This document shows positions 14,265 to 27,229 of a stretch of DNA of 64,000 nt, piece after piece. A program made the position numbers and the translations under genes. The first letter of the stretch is position 1. Every line of letters begins with the position of its first letter. Below the pieces are notes generated by a model. That model ran no database searches, was not told the DNA's origin, and saw nothing but the letters and a program-made list of their open reading frames with translations. The DNA lies in NCBI GenBank assembly GCA_025786725.1, contig JAHLTZ010000019.1, positions 372,001 to 436,000 on the forward strand, in the 5' to 3' direction. The stretch is from Syncephalis fuscata S228. Its lineage: Eukaryota > Fungi > Zoopagomycota.

Positions 14265-15305
14265 CCATATGTTTAGCAAACCATCTATTACCAAGGCTGT
14301 AAACCATTGTAGTGTCGTAATCATCTATTAAATCACCATTATTAATTAATAAATTCTTTAATTATCAATATGACTTTGTGACAATCATAGTTTATTTTAC
14401 ATTCTTAGTTATTTTGCGTATTTTTACACATAAATGTGACTGTTTTTAATATAAATTAATAATAATTTTACAATATTAAGGATTGCTTTTTATATTTCTA
14501 GTGCTAAATGTTAATGGCGGTAACGTCAAATAGAAAGTAATATCAACAAAAGTTAATAAGAAAGGGTTGTTAATTTTGTTTGTTCATAGTTGCTATAGAT
14601 GTCTTTATCTAAACGACATGGTAAGATAGTGATGTTTAATGCTGACCGTTCTTTTAGTAGATGGAGCAGAGTTTACTTTGCTGAAATGCTGGATGTTAGA
14701 TAAGTTGGATAGTACATCTAATACACAAACAATATTAATAAGTACTGTTTAGCTATTAGCGATTTCCTTGTGAACTGCTATGCTGTTTAGATAACCGATA
14801 TAAATAATGTGATCGTTGTGGTACCATTATTATGGCATGGCCATATGTTTAGTAAATCATCTACCACCAATGTTGTGAACCATGTGATATATTAATAATT
14901 TATTGAATTGGTACTATTAATTACTAGATTTTTAATTGCTGTATTGCCATATTCAGTAATAATAAATTAACCATCATTATCAACAAGTAATAATGGGTCT
15001 TTTTAAAGTGCATTTTACGCAGTTTTATATGCTTATAATTGTAACTTTACAATTCATTGCAGTTATTTTACGTATTTTTATACATAAAAATGCAACTGTT
15101 TTAAACATAGACATAATAATAAATACATAGTATTAGGTGTTTTTATGCTTACACTGTTTTGTGCTAAAATGCTAATAATAACAGCAGAATACAGAAAGTA
15201 ATAGTGGTAGAAATTATTACAAATAGAGCATTAAGTTTATTCGTTCATAGTCGTTATAAATAATTCATTTAAGCGGCAATAGCAGGATAGCGACGTTTAA
15301 TAGTA
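14110..15305 (+). repeat. Diverged tandem duplication (about 14110-14645 and 14686-15305) of the 3' ends and intergenic region of two convergent genes
   Basis: Example: ATGTGATCGCTGTGGTACCATTATTATGACATAGCCATATGTTTAG at 14231 vs ATGTGATCGTTGTGGTACCATTATTATGGCATGGCCATATGTTTAG at about 14807. Colinear to GATAGTGATGTTTAAT (14625) vs GATAGCGACGTTTAAT (15286). Confidence 0.9.
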
Positions 15306-16419
15306 ACTGGACCACCAATAGATGGAACAGGATTTGATTTGTTGGCGCTGTTAATGAGTGCATTAACAACTGGAAGTAATTCTGGCATGTTCCACAGCTT
15401 GCGCAAGTGAGCAGAGAGACGGTCGACTTGAGTTCCAACTATTTGGGCTACATACTTATCAATAATGCTGCCGAACAATCCGCGGATGATGGAGTAGCCA
15501 GCCTCGCCAATCTGACAAGCCAAAGCAATTGCTGAAATAAGAACATCGCCAAGATGAGCACTCAACGAATTTTTAATCTCCACTAGCATGGCTAGCGTGT
15601 TTTCGCGCAGATCTTTGACCACAAGATCGCGAAGTTTCTTCAACCAGACGGAACGTTCAATTCCAGCCAGGACCGACTCCATAACAAGATCAGCAGCATG
15701 GCGTAAGTCGGATACAAGCATGCTTAGCGCAGCATAGGCAATTGGTGCCAACATACGAACAATACGGAGGGCCAATTGGGCACCTAAAGCCTTCATCAGC
15801 AAATCTTGGAGCGAGCCGTTAACTAGATGCTCTACTAAACGGCGAATAATATCAACTGCTTCTGGAGGTAGGTCCATACCAGCAATTCTGATGGTGCCGA
15901 CAACGGCAACACTCGTACCTCCGACAAGTTTTGACGTTTGCTTTATTTTGAAATCTCTTTTTGGTATTTCTTTAGTTGTTCGGTCATTGGAGCAGCAAGC
16001 GCTTTTGACAATTGAGCTGGCAGCTCGTTGCCTAGCTGGGAGACGGAGGGAATAGCGTCGCGCTTGAAAAGTTCACGAGCATCACTTGCCACCGCGTACA
16101 CGCTGTTTGGTACCTTTTTATCGTCAAGTAAATCGTCAATGGCATCGTGCTCCGAAGGCACAGGAATTGTTGCAGTGGTTTTCATGTACTGTTCCAAACG
16201 GGCATGTGCCTGGCTGACATCTTTATCTGCCCAGCCTTTGAAAATGGCACCGCTTGGCTTTTCAGTCATTTGTCCAGCCGCTGGAATGACATTAAGTGCC
16301 GAGGAGGCTGCGTGGACTGGAGAAAGCTTTGGAGATCCAGGCTCTTGAGGAGTTACAGCGTCGGTTAAGGAAAATGTTGCCAACATTAATGTGGCTGTTG
16401 CAAGGAAGAGTCGTGTCAT
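15269..16419 (-). CDS. Secreted, largely alpha-helical protein of unknown function (about 383 aa); split into two ORFs by a frameshift near 15945-15972
   Basis: Signal-peptide-like MTRLFLATATLMLATFSLTDA. The frame of ORF 15269-15877 stays open back into the end of ORF 15943-16419. No intron signals at the junction. Confidence 0.7.
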
Positions 16420-18354
16420 CGTGAAGTAGGAATAGATAAAACAAAGTGCCTACTACTGAACTAATAAAATTGTAAGCGTTACCGCTTTTGTGTTAAATAA
16501 CAGTAGTCTTTTGACTAGAGGGAAGCGTATCAATAAACGTTAATATGGCTGAGATGGTGAGTTGAAGTTACAACGGCAATGAAACCATCAAGTGCTGTCC
16601 TTTTGAAGCATTTCTGCTATCCATAGCCACTCTTTGTAAGGCAATAATTTAGTATACTAATGAATACATACTGATAAACTATACTGGCTTATTGGATATC
16701 CTGTAAAGTCGCGAGAACGCCCAGTTAGCACGATTAGTGTAACCGAGTGATCACATGTCTGCTATAAATATTAGGTAAACACGTGGCGTGCATTTTTATA
16801 TGAAGCAATTTCTGCCGAAAATACGGGTAATGAACGGGTATGTTTCGTGTACCAAAAGGCAGGGAACGACAGAATTCAATGTCTGGTCGACCTTTTTCGA
16901 CGACAATAATGTGTTTGGAGTGATACAGTCTTTGACGTAAAGCAATGTGCACGTGAAGCATGCTGGTTTATTTAGACAAGGACAGGTTCGATGTAGCTCA
17001 TTTCCGCCATCGACACGTGCTAGCTAGACAGGATGTTTGTAATACTAAAGTGATTCAAGAGTGTTGCTGCCATTAATTTCACCTATGGTGAATGGTGGTG
17101 ACAATACATCTTCAATAGGCAATACCGAAGCGCCATTTTAGACAATGGTGTTCAATATGAGCCTAGAAGGTGGTATTAGGTTACCATTGCCATGTCAATA
17201 GCAGTTTGTATTTGGCCATCACACCCGCTTTATTCTTATTTCCTCGGCATATTGAATTTTGCAGCGGAAGTGGTCGTTGCCTGTATTTGGGGTTACCTTG
17301 ATGCAGATATGTTTTGCCATGTACAGTTATGTATTTAGAAACTGGCCTATTGTGAATGACTTCATAGCCAGTTAAGCGTATTCTGTATTAAACAAAGTCT
17401 AGCAAGTATTCAAAGAATTCCACACGAATATCTCATGAAATGACGTGTTTCTGAAGCAAAAAGGTGACCGGATGGTAATTATTTCTATTGTAGATTTATC
17501 AATAGACACGGTGCTAATAACAGGATTGTTTTGGAATGTTGACGGAGCACTTTTATGGGAACTGGTCGAGTAAAACCTGTTCAAATAGCAGTTTGTGCTA
17601 GCATATACGTAAAGGTATTATCACGGTTAGCAACGAACGCAAATGATGGCCAGTTTGCATTGGGATAATTTATGTTTTTAATTTAACAAAGCTCATTATT
17701 ATATTAACTTAATGTAATGATATCATGCGTTTTTTAATAATGGCACATTATAACTATAAACCCGTTCTACAATTTTATACTTGCATACAGCATGTACATA
17801 GTTTGCTCAAACAGGTGCAATGTTGTTTAGTGCTTTTAGCTGGTTGACGCTGACAATTCTGGTTTGTCAAAACTAGTTATTATAAGTGATACAGCGAATT
17901 CATTGGATTCTTAGATAATCCTTTAATAGTATTCAATATCGTGTAGATTCGGCCATATCATAGGCAGCTACAGTTTTTATAGTGCGATTACAAATCATAC
18001 TGACTACAAAAGAAAAAACAACATTTTAGACAGTCGTTAATTCAACACCACATCATGTCGTTTGTTTAAAATTTATTTATTGGAACAGAGTGCAATTGTT
18101 GCAAAAGTACCATTGTTATAAAACAACGAATATATTTTAGCTGTAGCGATTAACTTATTGTAATATATATATTATAGCCTGATTTGTATTAGTATATTAC
18201 AATTAAATATGCTACAATTGATTACATATGCGATTATAAACACACATCTATTTTAACAATACTATTAGTAATATAGCTAGTTATTAGTCTTGTTTATCGT
18301 GCTAATGTTTTTATATTGATATTGCTAATTTATTAACATTTATTATGATTTAGA

Positions 18355-18530
18355 ACTAAATGACTAAACTTGATAACATTTGTATAATTGCACTACACAT
18401 TTAATTTATTGAACATGGAAACAAGTGGTAAGTTTTATTTAATTAGCACATCATTGCATTTATTGAAATTTGGGGGTCAAATGACTAAAGATGATGATGG
18501 ATGGTGAGTGGCATCAAAGTCTAAAATAAT
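18355..18530 (+). mobile_element. Dispersed repeat family copy A, inverted relative to copy C
   Basis: TTTATTGAACATGGAAACAAGTGGTAAGTTTTATTTAATTAGCACAT at about 18405 is nearly the reverse complement of 21401-21446. Confidence 0.75.
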
Positions 18531-19220
18531 AATAATAATTATTGACAAAAATTTTATTCTCAGGAATTTGTGGTATGATACTAGTAGATACTTAATTGAT
18601 ACTAGGCCACTAAGGTCAAAGCGAAGAAAAAAGAAAATAAGAAGGAAAGTTCAAAACGCGTCAAACCAAAAAGTGTCAAAGTCAGTGGCTGGGTAGGTGA
18701 AGGGATAAGAGACTCGAAATAAATGAGAAAAGAAGGGAATTCGATTTGAATTTATCAATTTCCTTTGTAGTGGCTTCGCTTCGACAATAAAGCATTAGTA
18801 AATAAAATAGAATTACTATCATAAATTTATTATTAAACACATATATCCTTTATTTACTTATATTAATTCCATTGATATTTGCACTGCCATATATTATTTT
18901 ATGACATACTAGATACATTTTATTCACTATGTAACCAAAACGATTTATTGCTAAACGAGATAAACGAGTAAGACAAGTCATGCATTTCTTTTTATCAACC
19001 CAACATCTGCTATTATATGTAGTTAGTATACAATTCGCCACATATATAAAACATAACTAATTTTACTTCCAAATGACACAATATGTTATCGCTATCTAAA
19101 ATATAAAATTAGTTAGCGTTTTCAATTTATTAGTAAGCGCGCACGATGTTTCCGCTCCTACAAAAGGCGGCTTGTTGAATCAACATCTACCCAACATTAC
19201 ACGTTTTTATCTTTATTATA

Positions 19221-20316
19221 ATGTCTCCTCTATCGTTCAAATTGAATACCGGCGCTTTAATTCCCGCTGTGGGCCTGGGAACATGTATGTGAAGCACCAT
19301 GTTTGATTATTAATTGCTGACATTATCTGTGCAACAGTCGATATAGCACCCAATGAGGTAACTGATGTCATTAACACGGCATTTGAGGCCGGATACCGCC
19401 ACTTAGATGGCGCCGCCTTCTATGGACAAGAAGATGCCATTGGTGAAGCGCTAAAACAAGCAAAATTGCCACGAAACGAATACTTTGTCACGTCCAAGTT
19501 ATGGAATAACAAGCATCATCCAGACGATGTTGAAGAAGCCTTGGACAAGACGCTTAAGGATCTGCAACTGGACTATCTCGATCTCTACTTGATGCACTTT
19601 CCACAGGCTTTTCAGCGAGGCGGAGACACTATACCAAAAGATGCCGACGGCAATATACTTATGGCCGATATCGATTTTTGTGACACCTGGCGCGCCATGG
19701 AGGTAAGCCATAGGCTAGATGATCGATGCAAGTAAACTGACTCGTATTACAAAGGCGCTTGTGAAAAAGGGCAAAGTTAAGGCGATTGGCGTATCAAACT
19801 TTACTATTGAAGATCTCCAGCGCTTGATCAAGGAAACAGCAACAGTGCCGGCGGTTAATCAGTTTGAAGCACATCCTTACTATCCTCGAAGTGAGCTTGT
19901 CAAGTTTTGCCAAGATAATGGTATTCATGTCACTGCATACCGCTCGTTTGGGTTTCTTAAGGAGCCACGGCTACTGGATGATCCAACAGTAAGATTAGCA
20001 AATTACTATACGCTGCTTTGCTAACACGTATATTGGCAATAGATCCGTGAAGTTTCCGAAAGAAATCAAAAAACACCAGCACAAACCCTTCTAAGCTGGG
20101 CGGTCCAGCACGGTGCTTCCGGTAAGTTATACAGTGAGTTTTAAGTTGCTTTGCTACAAAAGACAACCAGTGGTTCCAAAGTCTAGCAATCCCAAGAGAC
20201 TCAATGAAAATATTCAAGTATATACCATTCCTGAATCAGATTTTGCTAAGCTTAATCAAATTACCATAAGACACGTATACAATCTACATCCATGGATGCC
20301 TGCTGCATATGAATAA
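19221..20316 (+). CDS. Aldo-keto reductase (NADPH-dependent, AKR1A/GCY1/YPR1-like), 5 exons
   Basis: FKLNTGALIPAVGLGT, GYRHLDGAAFYG, FVTSKLWN, LDYLDLYLMHFP, KAIGVSNF, PAVNQFEAHPY, VVPKS. Catalytic D-Y-K-H tetrad is intact. Confidence 0.95.
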
Positions 20317-20439
20317 TTACTTGTCTTTTAAATAAAAATGATATTTACCAATACTTGTTAATGGCAATAGTTATCTAGTTAATTATCGATGCATTTTGTT
20401 AATGCTATTGCATTACTATTAAATAGCTTTTAAAATCTA

Positions 20440-21500
20440 TTGTAATTCGGTGTAAGTTGCCTAAATTTAATAACATCCAACCTATTGAACATGATGATGA
20501 GTGGTAAGTGACATTAAATATCAAATACTCATCATTGTAAATTCATTATCCAGTATGCATATATCCTCTATTCATACACTCGATTACTACTATATATTAA
20601 TATATTCCATACTAGACACGTTCTATTGTTTATATGCTTCAATATACTTTACTCATTCCACTCATTGCATTATATGCACTATAGCATCAACATCGTTTTA
20701 TATGTTTTCTTACTGTACATCTATCATTCTATTCTATATCATTATATATCGTCTAGCCTTCCTCTATCCAAAGCTGTTTTTATTTTTGTTTTAGCTTTAT
20801 TATTAATAAATGTCGACTAATGTCGGTCATCCGTTCATGCATATATGCTCAATAACTTTAATATAGCTAATTTTCGATTCACACCATAGATTCTTATATT
20901 GCATATCATTTTATTATCTATTAAACCACGCCAGCTGTTGCAGTCGTTTCTTTTGCTCTAGCACTATTATTAAAAAAGCTCAACTAATATCGGTCATTTC
21001 GTTCATTAGGCTACATTGCTGGAACAAATCATACACGTATATGTAAACTTACTATTTTATTAAATATTTATTAACTATTAATAGCTATTTACGGCTGAAC
21101 TAGTTGCTGTTAGTAGGTTATGGCTTTGATAGTATCTAAGTCAAGTGGTGAGGCATATATAGCGATAACAAGTTCAAAAGAAAATAGATTGGTATAAAAG
21201 TGAAAAAGGCTGCTAATAAAGTCGATTTAAATAGCAATAATATAGGTGAATAGAGTATATATGTGTACTGAATATATGCATACTGGATAATAGTCTATGA
21301 CGATGAGTATTTGATGACTGATGTCACTCACCACCCATCATCATGTTCAATAGATTGGATGTCATTAAATACTAGTCATTTAACACCAAACAAACAATAA
21401 ATGTGATGATTAAATAAAACTTACCACTTGTCCCATGTTCAATAAAAAGAATGTTTAGTTCAATTACGCGAATGTTGTTAAAAACAGTCATTTGATCTTC
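20440..21500. mobile_element. Non-autonomous inverted-repeat (MITE/foldback-like) element: copies B (about 20440-20600, +) and C (about 21250-21500, -)
   Basis: About 110-nt arms: ACATCCAACCTATTGAACATGATGATGAGTGGTAAGTGACAT..CAAATACTCATC..ATTATCCAGTATGCATATAT vs the reverse complement of 21270-21370. No credible ORF between them. Confidence 0.8.
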
Positions 21501-21968
21501 AGTTTAGCATGATTGTCACTATTATCAATGCTATCCTGCTATTTCTTACGACTAAAGCTACTACTCACTTGGCTTTTACTCTCTACAGGCACTCTTATGG
21601 CCATTCTAACATATGACACAACTAAAAGTAACGTGTTTTGTTTACGCTTTGTTGTTCCTACTTTTAATTCTGTTTAGTATAACGAGAAAAATCATTTGGT
21701 GGCAAGTGTATACTGGTCTATTATAGCTACTAATTATTTCATTATTCATTTGTACTACATCTTAATAAATCAATAACTATAAATAAGTCACTTAAACATT
21801 ATAACAAATTTCTAATCGAATGTAAATGAAAGTTCCAATTTATAATGCGAGGGCAAACAGCAAACGCATGACGGCACGTGCACCGCCCAAGCAAGCCACA
21901 TAACGCCACGGTTGAGGCCATGTTGTTGCCGAGATACGTGCATCGCCCGTCCATGGCATTGTAACCGA

Positions 21969-22625
21969 TTAACGGTAAGACTTTTGGTAGCGGGCACGAG
22001 CACCTGGACCACCGAATTTCTTTGGCTCGCAGCGACGTGGGTCAGCAACAAGCAAGTTACGGTCGTAGGAGGTCAAGAGATCCTTGATTTCCTTCTTGGC
22101 GGCCTCATCGACAACTAACACATGTTGGTAAGTACGATTGCAAAACGCTGGTATATAATAGTATAGCTAATAACAACACTTACACTTCTGGTAGAAGGCA
22201 ACGACACCCTTGGCGATAGCCTGACGGATGGCATAGATTTGAGAGGTGTGACCACCACCCTTGACGCGAACGCGGATGTCCAAGTGACGGAACTTGTCCT
22301 CACCAAGGATGAGCACTGGCTCGTAGACCTTGTAGCGGAGGATCTCTGGCTTCACAAGACCAATTGGAGAGCCATTGATGCGGATCATACCATTGCCGCG
22401 CTTGCAGTGAGCAACTGCGGTGGCGGTCTTCTACTCAACGTATAACGATAGTATCGATAATAAAGTAAGTATTTAATAATATAATATTTGTAAACCACGC
22501 CCTCTCATTATATATATATTTATGTTGTTGCTACTACCACTACTACTACTCTATATCATATATATATATATCCTACATCATTGATTAATGCATACCTTAC
22601 GACCATAAGTCTGAACGGCTTCCAT
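21969..22625 (-). CDS. RPS16: 40S ribosomal protein uS9 (S16), 3 coding exons
   Basis: [10 protein letters not shown]|[65 protein letters not shown]. Confidence 0.98.
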
Positions 22626-23030
22626 AATGCCTATTTAAAAATAAATGCAAGTCAGTTTCAATAATAAAATAGTAAACAAGCAGCAATCCTATCAATAGAA
22701 TGGAATCTTATAACGTAGACACATAGATTCAAGCCATACCAACCACCCGTTATTGCAATAGCCGTGGCGGTCAAGTGTGTAGAAATGGCTGTTAAACATG
22801 GTGCGCGATTTCAATTACGCCCACTCTATGCTTCCTGGGTCAGTAATAAACGCCATGCTCTTACACACATGGCCAGCAGCGTGCAAGCAAGTAGATGGAT
22901 GGATGGATGGATGGGATGAATGAATGTCGTATGTCATAGAATATATCCAACTATCTATCAAGGATGTATAAAATACCCACCTAGATGGATGGATGCTTCC
23001 GCGAGCGTAGATAGCCTGGAAGTGTTACGT

Positions 23031-23224
23031 GGGGAAGAGGAGGATCCTTTCTTCTACTAACAAGTGGGCTGCGGTCTTCAGAGTGGCCACACACACACAC
23101 ACACACACAAAGTGAAAGAAAGATAGAGTAGAAATAATTGATAGTATTTCATTTAATCACGTGATTTGAATTTGCAGATACTCCAGCGACAGCCAAACAC
23201 CGTAGCTTCTGCCGCCTCCTCTTC
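23031..23224. promoter_or_regulatory. Bidirectional RPS16/RPL13 promoter with (CA)n tract, palindrome AATCACGTGATT and pyrimidine-rich initiators at both ends
   Basis: TCCTCCTCTTCCCC on the minus strand at 23044-23031; CTCCTCTTC at 23216-23224; (CA)n at about 23088-23109; E-box palindrome at 23155-23166. Confidence 0.65.
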
Positions 23225-23662
23225 AAAACCCATCCGCACTTTGGATTAGCTGAAAGCGGGTCAGGACACGCATCCATCGCCGGTAGGTATTAGCATATAT
23301 GCAAAAGTAGATGAATGGATGAATGGATAGATGGATGGATGGATAAATGAACGGATACATATTGGCGAAAGGATACACAAACAAATGGATATCCGCGCTG
23401 TATGTTGTGGCAAAAATACTAAGCCAACAGCTACAGAATTGTAAAGTAGTAATTACAACCTGGTTATTAAATGGCAGCTTGGCCGATTAGTAAAATGTCA
23501 GCGATTGTGACTAAATAGCTAATGGCTTTTGCAAGTACGATGCCATTACTTGTCAACAAATATAAAGACTGATTGGAAGAATTCTTTATTGTTTATGGGT
23601 GGGCAATGGTAGATTGTTCATTTATACTAATAATTATATTATTTGTACTATACTGAATAGCC

Positions 23663-24516
23663 ATGAAGCACAACAACCAATTGCAAAACATCCACTTCCG
23701 CAAGGACTGGCAGCGTCGCGTACGCACCTGGTTTGACCAGCCCGGCCGCAAGGTGCACCGTCGCCAGCAGCGTGCCAAGAAGGCTGCTCTTATCGCACCC
23801 CGCCCTGTGGACGGTCAGCTACGCCCAGCTGTCCACTGCCCAACTCTTAAGTACAACACCAAGCTCCGTGCCGGTAAGGGCTTCACTGCCGAGGAACTTA
23901 AGGTAAGCATTGACTTGTAGAATATTGTAAATATACAGGCGATCTATGGTATAGAATGTTTGCTATCGATAGGACAATAGACCGTATGCATCAATAGCGA
24001 TTAAATGCTAACTGACGCGTTTTAAACTAGGCTGCTGGTATTGCACGTGCTTTTGCTCGCACCATCGGTATTGCCGTCGACCACCGTCGCAAGAACCGCT
24101 CTGAGGAATCCTTGAAGCGCAATGTTCGTCGCCTAAAGGCCTACCAGGCCCGTCTTGTGGTGTTCCCACGCCGCAAGAACCAGCCCAAGAAGGGTGATGC
24201 CTGTGTAAGTGTTATTGGCAATGCTAAAACCAAATAGCTGCCACAAATGGTATTGAGCATATTGACTAATACTATGCTTGTGTTGTTATTGTAGGCTGAA
24301 GATGTCAAGGCCGCCAAGCAGCTTACTGCCCCAGTCTTGCCAATCTCCAACACCTTCAAGAAGGAGAAGGCTCGTGCCGTCACCGCTGAGGAGAAAGCCA
24401 CTCGCTCTTTCGTCACTCTACGTGCAGAGCGTGCTGCCCATCGCTACGCTGGTGCCATCACCAAGCGTGCCAAGGCTAAGGCTGAAGCCGAAGCCAACAA
24501 GGCTGGCAAGAAATAA
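23663..24516 (+). CDS. RPL13: 60S ribosomal protein eL13, 3 coding exons
   Basis: [58 protein letters not shown]|[34 protein letters not shown]. Confidence 0.98.
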
Positions 24517-24889
24517 GCAATTGTTTTGGGTCGTGGAGCGTATTAACGATGCTATAACGGTATTCTGCAATGCGTTCGTAAATTTCGATGCTTTTCTGCT
24601 ACATTTTTCGGTTGCATTCAATGGATAAATAAATGTAATGCATACCCGTTCCGTTTTTCCATCATTCTAAGTGTTAATACTGTTGGGACATTAATAATGA
24701 TAAATTAACAAATGGCTTAATGATTTATTAAAAGAAGACAATATAATAGTAATAATGTTAATAATGTTAATAATGGTAATAATGATATTACTGACTATTC
24801 TCCTTTTCTATCCTAGTCATCTTGATTCCAATCAATCTTTTTCATCTATTTTTCGTTTTCATTTTACTTGACAGTTTGGCTTTCAAACA

Positions 24890-25420
24890 ATGGCGTCTGG
24901 ATTTGGTATTCACGGCGGTAAGAACACGATTCTGTAATTACGCGTTATATTGTTGGCAAATCTGTTTTAAAATGTATTTATCTAAGCAAATCACTTGTAT
25001 CTGTTAATCTGTCAGGTCGCGGTCGCTGCTTTACAATGTGGCAGGAATTCCGTAAATGCTACGCACAGGCTGAGTGCCCCGAAGACTGCGAACCACAGCT
25101 AGACGATTACAATGAATGTCTTACTCACAAAAAAGAGGTAAGCTATTTATACGTAGATTAATGGTGTAGATACTGTCCTTGATGAAATAGAGCAATACTA
25201 GGCTGTATCGACGTAAATTGACACAATATCTATTTTTATTACTACTATTTAATAGACAGAACGTGCCCAATTGATCCAGGCAGAGAGACATCGTCAGCGA
25301 CAGGCTGCGATTAATGAAAAAGTGGAAGCTGCTACACATGCTAGCCAAACGGACCCCACTAATTTTATGGCGCGTCTTAAAGTTTTGGAAGAGGAGCTGA
25401 AACGAAAGCAGAGTTCGTAA
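24890..25420 (+). CDS. NDUFS5: Complex I accessory subunit NDUFS5 (twin-Cys intermembrane-space protein), 3 exons; not in the ORF track
   Basis: Spliced product MASGFGIHGGRGRCFTMWQEFRKCYAQAECPEDCEPQLDDYNECLTHKKETERAQLI.. matches the fungal NDUFS5 pattern (MASGxG..GG..RCF..WQE..C..C...DY.ECL.HKKE). Confidence 0.9.
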
Positions 25421-27115
25421 AGTGTGTGCGCTATTATTGCGCTTAGTTTCGATCTGATAGTAAAATGGTTGCCTGAATTATCGCTTTTATCTTAGTGAAA
25501 ATGTGTGGCACTTGTTAGCAGTCTATTATTGATACAGTATTTTTTAATAATATAGCAGTGTAAATGGAGTCTTGAAAAATGGCAAAGAACTAAGATATAA
25601 TTTATCAGCAATATATTGATTAGTTGGTATTGTTACTATATTCAAGCACATTTTCACATAGATATAATTGCTGTAAATATCGTAAAATTGTATAATTAGC
25701 TATCAGCTAACCAATCACAGCACTAGTATTAATAAAGTTTAGATCAAAAATATCAAGAATATACGTGAGAAGTTATATACTGATTATGCCATGATTGTAA
25801 AGCAATTTCCAGATAGTAAATGATAATAAGCAGCCAGTAATCGATATCGTTGTGTTTAAAATTAAATAAAGTTTGCATATAAATAATATTAAAAAATAAA
25901 GCTTAATAACTGAATCAAAGTTAATCTAATTGATTTTATAGTTGATATATATAATAAAAAGGTATATGTAATAGTAAATAAATATTAGTAGATGCCAATA
26001 ACTACAATTTAAATGCCCTTTTACCGTGTACAATTTTTATTCATCTATATACAAGAATGGCAAGCAGCCGATCGGCGTCGTGCTATAAATACCAACAGTT
26101 ACGCTGCACCATATCTGTGCTATTAACAATTCCATTTGTAATATATCTATACTTTTTTATGTTTGAGTGATTATACAAAAGTATTATAATTATTCTACAA
26201 TTAAATATATTTACACACATACACAGCATACTCCTGCCCAATATTTATTGTATTATAATAACTTTATTAGCTAGTCCTTGCATTTCCATATTATTAAAGT
26301 ATACTGAGGATGATAAGCAATAAAAAGTATGAATATTAGTGAAAGAATTGTTGTATGAGTGACTCAATAAATGGAATGCGCAAAGTAACTGGTACTTTTT
26401 AAAGAACACAATCAATAAAAACATAGAATTTATACGAGTAGAACGTAGTTATTAAAATAGTTGGTGTAGATGCAGTATTGAATATAGCTACTTGTAATCT
26501 AGCCATTCAAGTATCAATGACTTTAATTGAATACATGTACCAGTATTTAGTTTATTAAACATAATAAGCACAACATTAGACAAACTAGTAATGGAGTCAC
26601 AGTGTTATGTCGATTCAGCAAACACCTCATGCGCTTCTTTATTAAATCTACCATTTAATGTAATATATGTGTAATGCCCACCACCTCCCTCTTTATTACC
26701 ACCACTTCAATCAAACCAAAGCATTTAGCAGATGCGCAATAGCAATGCCAGTTAGTGTTGGGTAATATAAACCAGATAAGTATATGTCCCATTTAGAATC
26801 CAGCCAAACGATAGTACCAACGACAGTATACAGTATTGTTGTCGATGCTTGTGCCAACGGATTCTATAGTTGGTATTGTAAGTTGCATGCAAAATATTTG
26901 TGCCCGATAACAAATGCAGTTAGATATACTTGTTGATCCGGCACCAATGCTCGAATAGCTATAATAAAAGTGCGTTAGTATTGTTTAGTAGTAATAGGCA
27001 CCTACATCTAGTTGATTGTTCTTGCGTATAGTTTATAGTGTACACGAGTGAGTTGTTTGTGTATTGTTGTTATCTGTTATAAAATAAACTAGAAATGTTG
27101 TTAAAAGTTGTTAAA

Positions 27116-27229
27116 CAAGATAGCAGCTAATATAGCAACTATACGTCCACCTGGAGTACCGGCAATACTACGACTTGGGCGTAAGTAACATTTGTCGGAT
27201 GCGTACAGCTTATATTAGCTGCTATCTTG
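27116..27229. repeat. Perfect 19-bp inverted repeat enclosing a 76-nt partly paired loop
   Basis: CAAGATAGCAGCTAATATA (27116-27134) and TATATTAGCTGCTATCTTG (27211-27229). Confidence 0.95.

Noticed and set aside
20501-20820. Hydrophobic short ORFs, also at 34226-34696, 35788-36039 and 39212-39592
   Set aside because: AT-rich I/L/Y/F-biased translations of repeat, UTR or promoter DNA with no family signal.
23366-23378. GTATCCTTT on the minus strand (also near 33000)
   Set aside because: Antisense to RPL13 or intergenic; not within a same-strand gene model.
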